This document shows, piece after piece, positions 1-14,224 of a DNA stretch of 64,000 nucleotides. Each line of letters begins with the position of its first letter. The stretch's first letter is position 1. This stretch comes from Ptychomitrium polyphyllum. Lineage: Eukaryota. The notes under the pieces were generated by a model that saw only the letters and a list, made by a program, of their open reading frames with translations, ran no database searches and had not been told where the DNA came from. The stretch covers positions 5,704,001 through 5,768,000 of the forward strand of contig OZ316775.1 in the NCBI GenBank assembly GCA_973851085.1, in the 5' to 3' direction. A program made the translations under genes and the position numbers.

Positions 1-995
1 CGTAGAGGTTTTTCTAAGTAGTTATCAAATTTGTGGCCAGATTTTCCATAATACAAACACAACCCTTGCTTCTTTCGTCTTTTTTTTTCATGTTTGATAA
101 GGGGCTTGAAGCAAACCACATCAATCTCCATGGCTTCCGCTCCCAAATACTTATTAGATGTAAACGAGGCCAAAGCTACTGAAAAGTTGGTATAAAACCA
201 AGGCATAATCAAAGTCTATTTATCTTGTCGATGTTGAACTAAACAATTATTGCACTTCAAAGCTTAGCTTATGGCCTCATCAAGTATTTGGGAGTCTGGC
301 ATGGATAGTAATAAATCCTTAACCTCATCGCATACCTTTCAATGAAATTGACTCATTAGTGCTTCTTCTCTCTAATTGATGTCACATGTAAGTTGTCAAA
401 ATTCCAATGCATAAATTGACATTGAATGTGGCCCTTGGTGCAAGGCACGGATTTTAGTAGTTGCAGAACAAAACTTTTCATGGTCATCAAATGCTTCACC
501 AAACGTGGCTAAGAACGCATCAAAGTTGCTAAGTATGGAGGAATTCTTTTCAAAAAGTAGTGCAAACTAAGACAATGCTTGTCTTGAGAGCAACGTTCCT
601 ACCAAACTAATACGCGAAGCGTTCGTAGGATATTGTCAAGGTTGAAGCAAGGTAAGAAGTTGAACTTGGTTTACAAAGCCTTGAAATTTTGAACGCTTAC
701 CATCAAACTTCTCCGGAAGGCTGATTCTTGGTTCTTTGGTTGTTGGCATTGAATTCCTAACTTGAACTTGTTCGTCATCTACCAAATTAGGTTTAGATGA
801 TGAAGCACCTAAGTTAACTTGGGATAGCAACTGTGGTATTTTTGCTCCTTGACCATTGTGTATGATTAAATACAATACTTCGTTTTGCTTGGATAAAGTC
901 TTGGTGTTGATCCTCAATGCTTCAAGGGCATTAATAATGGAATCTAACTTCATTTCTTTTGAATTAGTCTTAATAACTTCTTCACCCCTTGGCAT
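1..995 (-). pseudogene. gag: Retrotransposon Gag (PEG10/Tcn1-like gypsy gag) with in-frame stops
   Basis: Reads PRISLPEKFDGKRSKFQGFVNQV. Past the stop at 636 it continues YPTNASRISLVGTLLSRQALS*FALL...TTKIRALHQGPHSMSIYALEF*QL...EEALMSQF, with a degenerate zinc knuckle CLYYGKSGHK near 30-60. Multiple stops. Confidence 0.88.
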
Positions 996-1029
996 AGTAA
1001 TGAAGTGGGAATAGATAAAACCTGCTAAC

Positions 1030-1507
1030 TGTCACGGACATAGATCATACAACATAGTCCTTAGAATATTCTAGAACCTTCTAGTATACTATAATAGCTT
1101 CTTAGAATACTTTTAGATGTCTCCATAGTCTTTTCTATGTTCTTAAGAAGCTTCCTAGGAAAGTCCCTCCACCTTAGGAAACTTCCAAAGAAGGTTCTAA
1201 TTCCTTAGAAGCTTCTTAGGAAGGTTCCAACATCTTAGGAAACTTCTTAGGAAGGTTCCCTAGACTTCTAGAACATTCTTAAGCCTTATAGGAAGCTTCT
1301 TTAGAAGTATCCTAGGAGATACAACGTCATAGTATAAATAGGAGGTAAGACAAGGTATTCCTTAGTCTTGCCAACACAAGTTGTGGATCATCTTGAATCC
1401 TGCCTTGTTCTAGTCTTTGTATCAAGTTCTTGTTAATCATTAGCTCTTTGGAAGCTAATTCTTGGGAAACACTTCGTTTCTGCTTCTTGTTTCTTGTGTC
1501 CCTAACA
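1030..1507 (+). mobile_element. Solo LTR (478 bp, gypsy; RLG1-like by inference) with 5-bp target-site duplication
   Basis: Starts TGTCACGGAC and ends CCCTAACA (TG...CA). Flanked by CTAAC at 1025-1029 and 1508-1512. Internal TATAAATAGG at ~1334 and repeated CTTCTTAG(G)AAG motifs. Confidence 0.92.
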
Positions 1508-1649
1508 CTAACTACGCAAGAAACCAAAGAAAATTCAAGAAGAAATATCAGTCCAGAAGAGGATAATCTACAACCTCTAGAATGCTATAGTGTTTTCAAG
1601 AAAGAGAGGTGATCTGCTTTCTATCTCATGAGACCAAGCTCTGATATTG

Positions 1650-2120
1650 TTGTATGACAGTCTCAACAAATTGTTATGGATAAAGTAACCATAAGATAGG
1701 GCTTCAGGATTTAGGGTGTGGAACAAAATAAGTCCAAGTATATTAGAGGTATAGAGCTACAACAAGGTACAAAAGGCAAGGCCAAAAGGTCTTAACTAGA
1801 CCACAAGACATGCGTTGTTGAGACTGAAGATCCCTTCAGCCTTTACTCCTATATATATTAGAACTACAAGCCTTGGAAGCTTCTTGAAAAGCTTCACCTA
1901 CATTGCTTCGTACTCAAGCAACCTTGAGTTGCTTCATTGGAAGTTTCTTAGGCCAAAGTAACTTCCTTGAAAGCTTCCTCAACCAAGGCAACTTCCTTAG
2001 AAGCTTCTTAAATCCAAGATAACTTCCTTGAAAGCTTCTAAAATCAAGAAAACTTCATTGGAAGCTTCTAAAAGCTTCTAAGAACTTGTCTAAATGCTTC
2101 TAATATGTATGTCCGTGACA
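1650..2120 (-). mobile_element. 5' LTR of the host gypsy element
   Basis: Reverse complement starts TGTCACGGACATACAT, with repeated AAGCTTC/GAAGTT units, a TATATATAGG box (~1848-1857) and an adjacent PBS-like site. Confidence 0.8.
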
Positions 2121-4091
2121 ATGTGTTGTGAAGATTACAAAATGAGTGATATATTTCTTTGTCCCAATCCTTCAATAAATAAATTTGTTCCATTAAATGA
2201 TCACCTCACATCAAACCCAAACAAACAGTATAAAAATGCAATCTCTCAAGATATAATATATGGAATTTAGATCTTGGATTTTGTGGAAGTCTAGAGCCAC
2301 TTCACAAGAAGTGGTTTGCAAAGAGTGTACCAAAGAAGGTGATTCTATAAATTGGGCTTGATTTGGGTTGTAATAATCGTGGTATGGAAATTGAGTGGCT
2401 TGAAGCATGCCTTTAGTTTTCATCACCAACTTATCATGTGAAATCACCATCTAAAATTGCTATTATTGTAGACATGTGTAGCTTGATTGTACATCCATTA
2501 TACTCTCATCCATTAAAGTTTCATTGTTGAAGCTTTATTATCTTGTACAATGCATTAAAACCTAAATACAGATGCTGGTATTTATATGTTTTGTTTCCAT
2601 TATTATGTATTGATGAAAATATTATTTCAAGCTTCTATTTAAGAATACTTTGTCCTATCAACCATAATAATTGTTGTACTTTTTAATAAGTATGAAGTCA
2701 AATAAATAACATTTATAATGCTTATAAATACATTTTGGAAAAATTTAAGACTATTAAATGTTTATAAAAGATGATTTATAATTTCCAAGAAGTTTACTTT
2801 CTAAATGAGGACAATTTATGGAATGTTCATATTAATAGTGCATAATATATTTTATATACAATTGAAATATTTATTGAATGTTTTGAATTTTTAAATAACT
2901 AAAAAATATAAAGAAATTCAATTTGTTAAATGTTTAACAATTATTATTTAATCATTGGTAGGAATACAAATTTAACAAATTAATTATTACATAATTCAAC
3001 TTTTATTCAAATTAGGAAGGTTGTAAAAATTCATTCGGAATTACAATTATGAAGGGCAACTTAATTTTAATAACTAAAAGAAGGTTTTAGGTTTTAATTT
3101 TAGATTCATATGAATATAAATGTATACCCTAAAAATAATCCCTCGAGTAACAGAAATCACAAGCACGGCCCATTGCAAAACCAACGTCGTCTAAAAGTGA
3201 ACATAGAAGAGTAGCTAGAAGTTAGGACTCCAAATTTCGGCCACCGAATCCAGAAGAAAAGGACAATCCAATCAATTAGATATATCCAATACCGAAAAGG
3301 ATGATCTCGACGGCTACGAACACCTGGTGAACAAGTACCAGCCCGAGATTCTAATGACTCAGCATCAATGTCATCGCCATGACCTCAAGAACAGAAAATA
3401 CTGACAACAGATTCAACCAGAAACACAAGAATCTCTCAAAAGAAAATACAACTATAAGATGTCATGATGTTTCTGACCCTAATGACAAAAACAAAATCCT
3501 CGAGCACTAAAAACTCGACAACCAATAACTGTCAGTGCATCTAGCACAACACAGAAAAGGCACATCAAAGAACCACCCTTGCACGACCGGATGAGTCTTT
3601 TCACCAAACGACATAAAACAATTGTCCGATCCCTTGCCAAGCAAACAGTAACACAACGACGAAACCACAGGCAAAAAGAAAAAAACAATTACTAGTCAGA
3701 CAAGCCACTACACCAGCAATTAGCAAACAAAAATTAGTGACACACACAGAATACAATAAACACCAGCCCATATAAAAGTAGGTCTCTGCAGCTCGAAACC
3801 CGTATGTTTCATCCATAAAGACTAGGACCGTTCACTCGAACATAAGGGCGAGTCTCACAGGAGACGATGCGTATAGGTATTCACTCGGGCCTTCAAGCAA
3901 GCCTTGAAGTAACCCCATCAAAACATGAATTTCTTATGAAGAGATGTAGTGGTCCATCCACTACGTACAAAGAGAGCAAAACAAGAGTGAAATAAAAGGA
4001 TTTGCAAGGTCCCTCTGTAAAACATGCCAATTTTGGCAAGGGCAGAAGAGCTTTAATAGCGGCGGAGACGTGCACCTACAACCTCCTCAAC

Positions 4092-4370
4092 CTGCGGGAG
4101 ACCCACGGGAGAGGTAGACATTTATACTCGCGTTGATATTCCGCCTAACAAGATGTCCAAGAAACGAAGTCAATCAAATCATCGAGTGCTATCTTGTCAC
4201 CACTCCCTGCTTGCTTCCGATTGATGGCCTCCTTAGACTAATTAGATCCCCAGAGCACACTTCTGAAACCTAGAGTACGTCGAAATTTGCACCAGGACTC
4301 TGCAGCCAGCAACTCCTGGACTAACCGGCACCCCTGGACTTGCAGCTGCAAACCACCAACCATATCTCAC
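4092..4370 (-). other. Predicted 3'-UTR intron of the UBC gene
   Basis: Donor AAG|GTGAGA at 4370 and acceptor CTCTCCCGTGGGTCTCCCGCAG|G at 4092. Consensus only, no transcript evidence. Confidence 0.55.
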
Positions 4371-4465
4371 CTTCCCCATTTAAGAACAAATGCATAGAAC
4401 AAGTCCTCCCCTAACAGCATGTAATGACTCCCCATGCCAATGATCTGTCAGAGCTGCCTCGCAAT

Positions 4466-6568
<2,103 letters not shown>

Positions 6569-6569
6569 G

Positions 6570-7480
6570 TCAACGAGACGCGCTCGCACGCTCCTGCCGC
6601 ACCAACCCTAGCCTCACTCAATTCCGGCGTCCCACGCACGGCCCTCTATCTCTCCGCAACCTCTCCACTGACGCTCGACACAAACTGAGGCACGCAAGAG
6701 GATAACTCCACTCTCGATCCGGCCGAACGACTCACTCGCGGGCGCCCACGCAACCGATCAAACACAGCAACCACGACGCAGCACAAGAGCACGCGAGAGG
6801 TGGCGCAAATGAACGGCACCGGGACGGTGCAGCGCGATAAGAGCGCGGCGAGCTCGCGGGAGCCTGCACGAGCGGGCGGAGAGGAAACCCCAGGCGAAGG
6901 CGAGGAGGTGGAGCACAGCGAGCGGAGCAGAGAAAGCGAGCAGTAGCTGCAAGAGCAACCTCTCCTGTGCGCTCGTCGTCTTTTCTTTTGATGAACTCGC
7001 CTCCACCCTCCCCTCCGGGCCCCAGTCTCGCTGGCCTGGCCTGCCTCTTGTGACGCCACTCCTGCCCTGCCCTGGCTCCGCTACCCGGCCGCCCTGTGCC
7101 CGCGCCCTCCGTGCGGCCGGTTGGTAGTGTGGTAGATTCCCGGGCGCCCTCCGCCGTCGGATCGCGGGTCGGGTTGTGAGGGCCGTGGATGGGAGGCTCG
7201 ACCACCGTTACTCGAGGTCGTCCTGTCGGGCGACCCCAGTAGGACGTACTAACGACGACCGGTTCTCCCCCAGTTTACTGACAAGTTACCATGTGCGAGT
7301 GGTTTATTACGGTACCGTGACCGTGGCCTCTGACCGTGGTGGGGTTCCTGGCAGTGGGAACTGGTGAGTCGCTCGGTGCTTGGAGCGGCTGCGGTGGCCG
7401 CCTCGGTGTGGGTCTGGAACGTTCCCAATGCTGGGACCTGGTGGGTTGATTCGGTTCCGGAACCTACTGGAAGGCTGCGC
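6570..7480 (-). promoter_or_regulatory. GC/CpG-rich 5'-UTR and promoter of the UBC gene
   Basis: Sharp GC-rich island directly upstream of the ATG. Probable 5'-UTR intron ~6661-6735. G-box GCCACGTG further upstream at ~7616. Confidence 0.55.
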
Positions 7481-9205
7481 AATCTCAGTTTTAGTTTTTG
7501 ATTGACCACAGATTTTCGATTCGGATGGTTCAGATTGAAGGTCTCTTCTTAATCTCAGTTTTGTGTGATTCTCTTGAAGGAGTGAGGTTGGGTTTTGGTT
7601 TACTGACTAATCTTGGCCACGTGCATCACTTACTCGGGTAACGTGATCGAGCCCCTTCAGAAACCTCTATTGTTATGATAATGAGAGGTTTTACTTGGTG
7701 TTGTCTTATTTTCCAGAGTTTGATGGTTGTGTTAGTCACTTGATAAGTTTATGCTTTGTTTATTTGATTGTGACATTTGCAATCTATAAAAAAAATGGTT
7801 TATGTTGTTTAATTATATAATTGAATTGCATTAAGTAATATAATATATCATATGATGACTTTTCAAATTGTAAAAAGATAATAAAGGTTTTCAAAGGTAA
7901 TGATAGTAAATTTTAGGATATAGGTGGTTGTATGAATTAATATTTCCTTTTGTGTTGGAGGTATATGTGTTTTAATTGTTGAATTTGTGTTAAAGTGAGT
8001 TTGTTAGATCATTATCAAAGTTTTTGCTTCTTTTTAGAGAATTGGTTTTTTCTTAATTTAGGATAACAACAAAAAATTGTTATTGAAGCCAAATTTTATT
8101 CAAACAAGATTGGAGCATGTAAATATTTGCACAAAAGAATCAAAACATTTGTATAGGAATTTAATTAGGCTATTGAAGTTCTATTGTGTAAAGAAAGAAT
8201 GCCATATTAAAAATCAAGTAATACAATCATTTCTAAATTTGCAGTATATAATAGCTCCAATAAGTAGAAACGAAATTATAATTAAGATGTCAAAATATCT
8301 CTAATTCTACAAGGAAAGAATTTAGGAGTGCAAGTTTATAATTGCACTAGCATCTTCAAACAAATCTTATACAAAGTCTTTCTTTAAAACTAAAGAAATA
8401 AGACTTGACGTGGCAAATACTACCAAGTTAAGGGAACTTTTTTACTTAATACCTCATTTATTCCAAAATTAACATTAATATGCCTATTAACATGAAGTTT
8501 ATACCAAATGGCTGAAAAACTTATTAAACTAAACTACACTACCTTCATTTGACATGATTTGGTACTCAATGCCACATATGATGGTTTCTTCATATTAATT
8601 TCTTGATCTTTACACACTATAATTATTTGTAGACTTCTAATACCTATTTGCAAATTACTTATAGATAAACAATATAGTATAAAGTATGTAATTGAATGTT
8701 TTTGAAATCTAGCACTATTCTTAGGCAACAATATCTTGTTGGAAGTATGTTAAAACAAAGATGTACAGAATCACTAGTACAAAGAGGTTTGATATTGTCA
8801 AGAAATATGGCACATATATAAAAAAATGCACCAAATTTGAAATTCATGTTTGAGAGTTTAATTGTGTGAGTGATTATTAATTTTAATTCCTATGGAAGTG
8901 ATTAAAGTTTGAATCAATTATAAGGAATATTTCTTTATTGCATCATGTTGTATATAATTATCTATATTTGTACTTTTGTATTATAAATACTAGCATTTGA
9001 TAAATTCCTCTTACTTATATATCAAAGAAATTTTAACCATATTAATAAATGAAGACTCTTAATATGTTATAAACTTCCTAATTTTGTAAAGGTTACAAAC
9101 AATGACATAAATTTACAATATATTTTTTACTTAATTTTTTTAATGTTAAAATGGCTAGTCATAATGTAAGTTGATTCAAATGATGAACTTCATCACTATA
9201 TGTTT

Positions 9206-9262
9206 AATTGAATGTATATTATATAATTGAATGTATATTATATAATTGAATGTATACTTATA
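9206..9262. repeat. Short tandem repeat, ~3 x AATTGAATGTATATTATAT
   Basis: 19-bp unit directly visible three times. Confidence 0.8.
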
Positions 9263-12200
9263 CTTCTTTAACATGTTATAAAATATAATGTTTTTTAAAA
9301 TATAAAAATGATTACAGTGGATTTAATTGTACAAATATGATAAATATGTCAATGTCTATAACTTTAATTCTATATTATTTTGTATTGGTCATTAAATCTT
9401 TTAATGGTTTTTAAAAAAGAAGACTCAATTTTTGATTTTAAAGCATTAAAGGATACAGCACAAGAGTTGGCCACATGTACAAATTCCTCGTTGATGTAAC
9501 TTACTTACCTTTTTTAAACGACTTTTCCCACAAATTGGGAAACCTAGCATCATGGCTACTATAGGGGAAAGACAAACTTAGCAAACTGCATGAAGTTACA
9601 CACGTAAGTTAGTATGTGCTACTGTAAAATTGCCGAGGGAAATGTTACGAGTCTGTCCACCTCATATCTGTTCATGTTTGCAGAGCATGAACAGAAATGG
9701 GATGTAAGTTGGCACATGAGCTGTCGACAGACTGTGGTAAAGAAACCTGAGTGCAATGATCAACCAAGTTACTGCGGTGAAGAAAACTTGGCAAGGTCAA
9801 GTTCGGTTGGCCTGTTTTGTCCGCTGTGCTTTTCCAGGATGCGACAGAGCAACGGTGGTTGAATTCAAATTTTTACTTTTTGAGCTAGAAGGCTTTTTTA
9901 TATGAGTCTTTTCACATGAGGTATCAGTGCTGATGGTCATCTTTGTAATAATACACTCTGATACATAATAATATAACAAGAATTTTAGGTTTTTGATTTT
10001 CGTGACAATTGCAAAAGAAATTGTTATCAGTGGATCATAAACCGCTCTATTTTCATGTGTTGTTCATAAAACCAAATCTTTGTAATAACAAGTAAATATG
10101 TTTTTGGTTGTATGAATAGACATTTAATGGTCAAAAAGATAGAAAGAACACTACATTAATTAGTGGAATATTGTGCAAAAAATTTGTACTTTTACTTATG
10201 TAAAAAAACGTAAAATTTTGAAATTTTAATATCTTTTATTAATATTTTATACAAGTAGTCTTAATGTAATCAATTATAGTACTAAGAAAAACCAATTTTT
10301 TGATAATTTAGTATTTTTTAATTCAAACAAAATTTTTCGTCGATTTGAGAAAAAACATTGACTTTGGAATCATCAAAATCAAAAATATTGTAAACATAAT
10401 TTATGGAATCTTGAATTATGAAATATAAAGGTCTTTTAATAGCCTTATAAATTCAATTTTGAAAAGTACATTTTTTCACATTTTAGAGCTATATATAAGA
10501 GCACAAACATTTCATTTGCATACTTCCTTACTTAAAAAGAATAGGCAAAGATGAAGATAGGAACAATTTAACAAAGAGACATATATGGAATGGAAGGAGT
10601 GAAACAAACGGAGAAAAGCAGAGTAAAAAGAAAGACATGAAGAGCAATTTGATAGAAAGAAGAGACAAAAAAATGGATTAAAAAAGGAAAAAAGAGAGAA
10701 ATAGAATGATAGAAAGAAAAAAAAGAAAGAGGGGTTGAAAGAAGGTTATAAAAAAAGATGCTATGGTATAAAAGAAGGATTCTTTTGTAATCCAAATTTC
10801 CAACTTCTAAATTATTTCAAAATTTCAGCTTATCAATATTCTTAAAAATTTAAGATTTTATATGCTATACTTTTTATTCTTTTGGATTCTTTGCTTTTAG
10901 TTTTATCTATTCATTTCAAAACTATGAAATTTTATCATTGCAATAGATAATGTGAAGAATTATATAGCAAATTTGATTATAATTATATTCCAGATAATTT
11001 CTTATGTGATTCATTTTGTTACATTGAATTTTATTTTAAAATTGAAACGCAAAATGATTAAACACTATATTTCTAAAATGTTGTCCTCTTGATAATAGCA
11101 ATAGTGTTGCATAATATAAACTATACAAATTGATAATATTTAAATTTATAAATTTACATTACTTAAAACATTTATTAATAAAAACAATTGTGATAATAAA
11201 AATTAATGAATGTTGTTTAAAGATAATCCAATATTATAAATATATATATATTTTTTAATTAATTAATTAATTTATTTATTTATTTGTATGTATGAAAATA
11301 TAAGTATGGTCGTAAAATGGTCTTAAACGAAATTACGTATTTTAAACTCACTGTGTGACATTTTGTCAATTTTTTTATATCATTAAATTGTCTTGGTGAG
11401 TATAAACAAAGTATAGTTTCTTTGTGTTTTTTTTCAAAGTTATTTTAATCACGCCAAATTGGGTGAACGGTTGCCAATGAAAACTAATCTATTATTAAAA
11501 AAAAATTAAATGAAATGTTACAACCTTCAAGCCCCTATTTCTTTTTGAGCACTTTCTCTTTCTCAATATATAATGTTATGTATAAAAAAGATTACAAACA
11601 TTAATGATGCGTTTTTGTTTGAAAACAACACATCATATAAAATCGAAAACATATACTCATGAACAGACAGTTGCAACAGCCGCTTGTTCAATTTCTTGGA
11701 GTATTTTGTTACTAGTACTACAGTATACTATTGGTACGCTTCTTAAATATCTGCTACTATACATTTGCATCAGTTTTACTGGTTAGTCTGTGAATATACT
11801 CAATCCACACAGATTGTCATGCACTGGATATTCAGGCCTTGCTTGAAACTCACGCAGACACAGTCCTCAGTGCTGGGGATAATGTTGAAGCTTGTGTCTA
11901 AAGTGAACAACACTTCTCTGCTTTCAATGGCCTTAGTCAATCACAGCGTCCAATACCTACAACCTATTTTGATTGTCCCATACTAACTTCTTGACATGTG
12001 ATATGTTTCAGTATTTTTAGATTTAAATAGTAAAATGCAGGCAGTTGATAGGTGCATAGAAATGTTTGTAGATGACATGAACCGTTCAAACAAGCAATCT
12101 AAATAGCCTGAAAGGTGTTAGCCAATCACACATAATCTTCTCTGGTGCACCCTGCTCATGTTCTGCTCACAAAGATGATGAGCTAAGTCACTTTTGCAAT

Positions 12201-13458
12201 GTTGTTTTGAGTGACCAGGACAAGAAGGATCATAGGAATACCAGCAGAAGCAGTCCAAATGTCCACATTGTTGAAAATGATGCTTACTCTCTGCTCATCT
12301 TCACAAACAGCAACAAAGTGATCAATATTGTGAAATTTTATAAAGTGTGAATATTTCCATGAAATTGGAGTAAGAACTACCAGTGTTGCACAAACATGCT
12401 CCTTGGGAGAACCACAGCAATTCTTTGTGGCTATCTCAAAAATATGACTGAAGTGTCGCACGCGAAGAAACACGTTGGATGCCTACCATTAATTTCTGTG
12501 CAAATGTTGACAGATTTTAGAAGATACTTTACCTCTAACCACCAACCAGTCGGCCACTTTTGGTCTCTTCAGAGAAAGGCCTGAACTTATTAGAACTTCT
12601 GGTTTAGAACTCTTCTTCCCAACTGGCTGGGAACTACTTTTTTGTTCAGACGGGTTTGAAGTTTGCATCAGTCAACGGCATGTTCACAACTGGACATTCA
12701 TGCTTACTAATGTGATTTAAGTTGAGTGATGACGTCAAACTTGAAAAGATTTTATGAGGACATGGATGTATGTCTCCTTTCGCAGACAAGTTACATGCAT
12801 TCCGAAGTGAAGAATTCACTAGTTTAACTCAAGAGTTCAGGTTAGCACTGAACCCTCAGAAGGAGATTGTATACCAGGTATGAACTTATTGGACACATAG
12901 TTAAGGAGAGTTTGAATCTATAATGTAAAGTATAATGTTATCTGGCTGTCCATACTAGAGCGTAAAACACAAAAATCTCATTTGAAATAGGTGAAGTGAT
13001 AGCACAGCAACTTTCAAAGGAGAAATTGGAACAGTCATCTAATTATAGTATATTTAACAACTTTTGACAGCATTGACAGCTGATGTATTTGGGTAATCAA
13101 AATTGGACAATTGCAATCCAGCACTTAATACTGGTAATTTACCTACTCAAAAGGATATGCATAAAACTAGAAAAAAAACATCAAATTCTTCAAATAGATG
13201 AGGAAAAGTTCCATATTATGCTAGTCTCATATTTTATTCTCATTGATTCTTCAAGGTGCAATCAAAGTTTGAGCTCCCCGAAACTGAGGTGTTGTCAAAC
13301 TATCTCAGTGACAGAGGGTCCACTTATTGAAACTCCTAGTAATGCACCAAACCGTCTGAAACTCAACATTATGAGAGGGAGAGAGAGAGAGTGCTGGAAT
13401 CGCATCCACATTTTGTAGCTTATAATCATCCCAAGTTTAATCAATCAAAGGCAGCTGA

Positions 13459-14115
13459 TCACTGACCTCCTGGTATCACAAGTCCTGCACACTCAAAAGA
13501 GGTTTAAACACATGATTTCTTGCACCAAAAGGGAACTTGCTCAACCATCCACTTAATCATATCAATATGAGGAATTTGCAACGATACTAGCATGTTGAAT
13601 TCAATCCACAGGGTGATTCAAATTTTCATCTTATTACTTCCTAGTGTACTGAATTGCAGACACCAATCTATGTGAGCTAACAAGAACAAGAAGCAGATTT
13701 TGATACTCTAACATAAACTAACTTGACAAAACTACGCACATAGCATGAGTTCACAAAGCAGGTTTGGTTCAGAGGCTTAGAAACTTCTTGTACCATTACA
13801 CACAGTTCCGGCCTTGTATGTAAGATTACACTTCTGAGGGAGCTTGATGGCTAACTGAGGCTTTGCACCCAACTTAGTAAACTGGGGGTCACTAGCTGCC
13901 TGGCAGAGGCATGCTGGACCATAACCAGAGAGGTAGGTATTTAACCCCTGGCAGCATGCCCCTGAAGGCATGGTATCAGATGTTGTGGCAGACAAGCAGC
14001 TAGCCAAACTTGCTGGTGATCCACAAGCAGCTTGTGTTTCCTTAAGCATTGTGCTCAATCCCAGCAGCAGCAAGAGCATGAGAACAGGGCCTGTCATGGT
14101 TCTGGTCATCTTCAT
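13459..14115 (-). CDS. Non-specific lipid-transfer protein (8-Cys motif, type D-like), secreted
   Basis: Exons 14115-13794 and 13484-13459. Signal peptide, then C-C-CC-CLC-C-C pattern (ACGSPASLASC...GACC...ACLC...QKC...TVCN) and short tail GLVIPGGQ*. Intron lies 4 nt after the 8th Cys codon, as in type D nsLTPs. Confidence 0.93.
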
Positions 14116-14215
14116 GGCTAAGGTCTAGATACTACCATAACAAAATGGAGATTGCAAGGTTGCAAGTGAGGAGGAGATACCAGTGAGGCTTGAGTTTAAG
14201 AAGGTGTGGACGTTG

Positions 14216-14224
14216 TTTATATAG
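14216..14224 (-). promoter_or_regulatory. TATA box of the nsLTP gene
   Basis: CTATATAAA on the - strand ~100 bp upstream of the ATG. Confidence 0.65.

Larger units (their letters stand above)
1..2120 (-). mobile_element. Degenerate Ty3/gypsy LTR retrotransposon (5' LTR, PBS, leader, gag); runs off the left edge
   Basis: The - strand LTR begins TGTCACGGAC at 2120 and ends near 1650. It is followed by a tRNA-Met PBS-like ATATCAGAGC (~1638-1647), then a leader, then gag from ATG 995. Confidence 0.88.

Noticed and set aside
1080..1310. Regularly recurring CTTCTTAGGAAG-type motifs resembling a CRISPR or repeat array
   Set aside because: Internal LTR sub-repeats with no constant repeat-spacer structure, in a eukaryotic context.
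1030..2120. Apparent TIR element bounded by TGTCACGGAC inverted ends
   Set aside because: Better explained by two related LTRs in opposite orientation; the TSD flanks only 1030-1507.
11780..12300. Signal-peptide-like, stop-riddled frames on the - strand
   Set aside because: No recognisable family; cannot be supported as a pseudogene.
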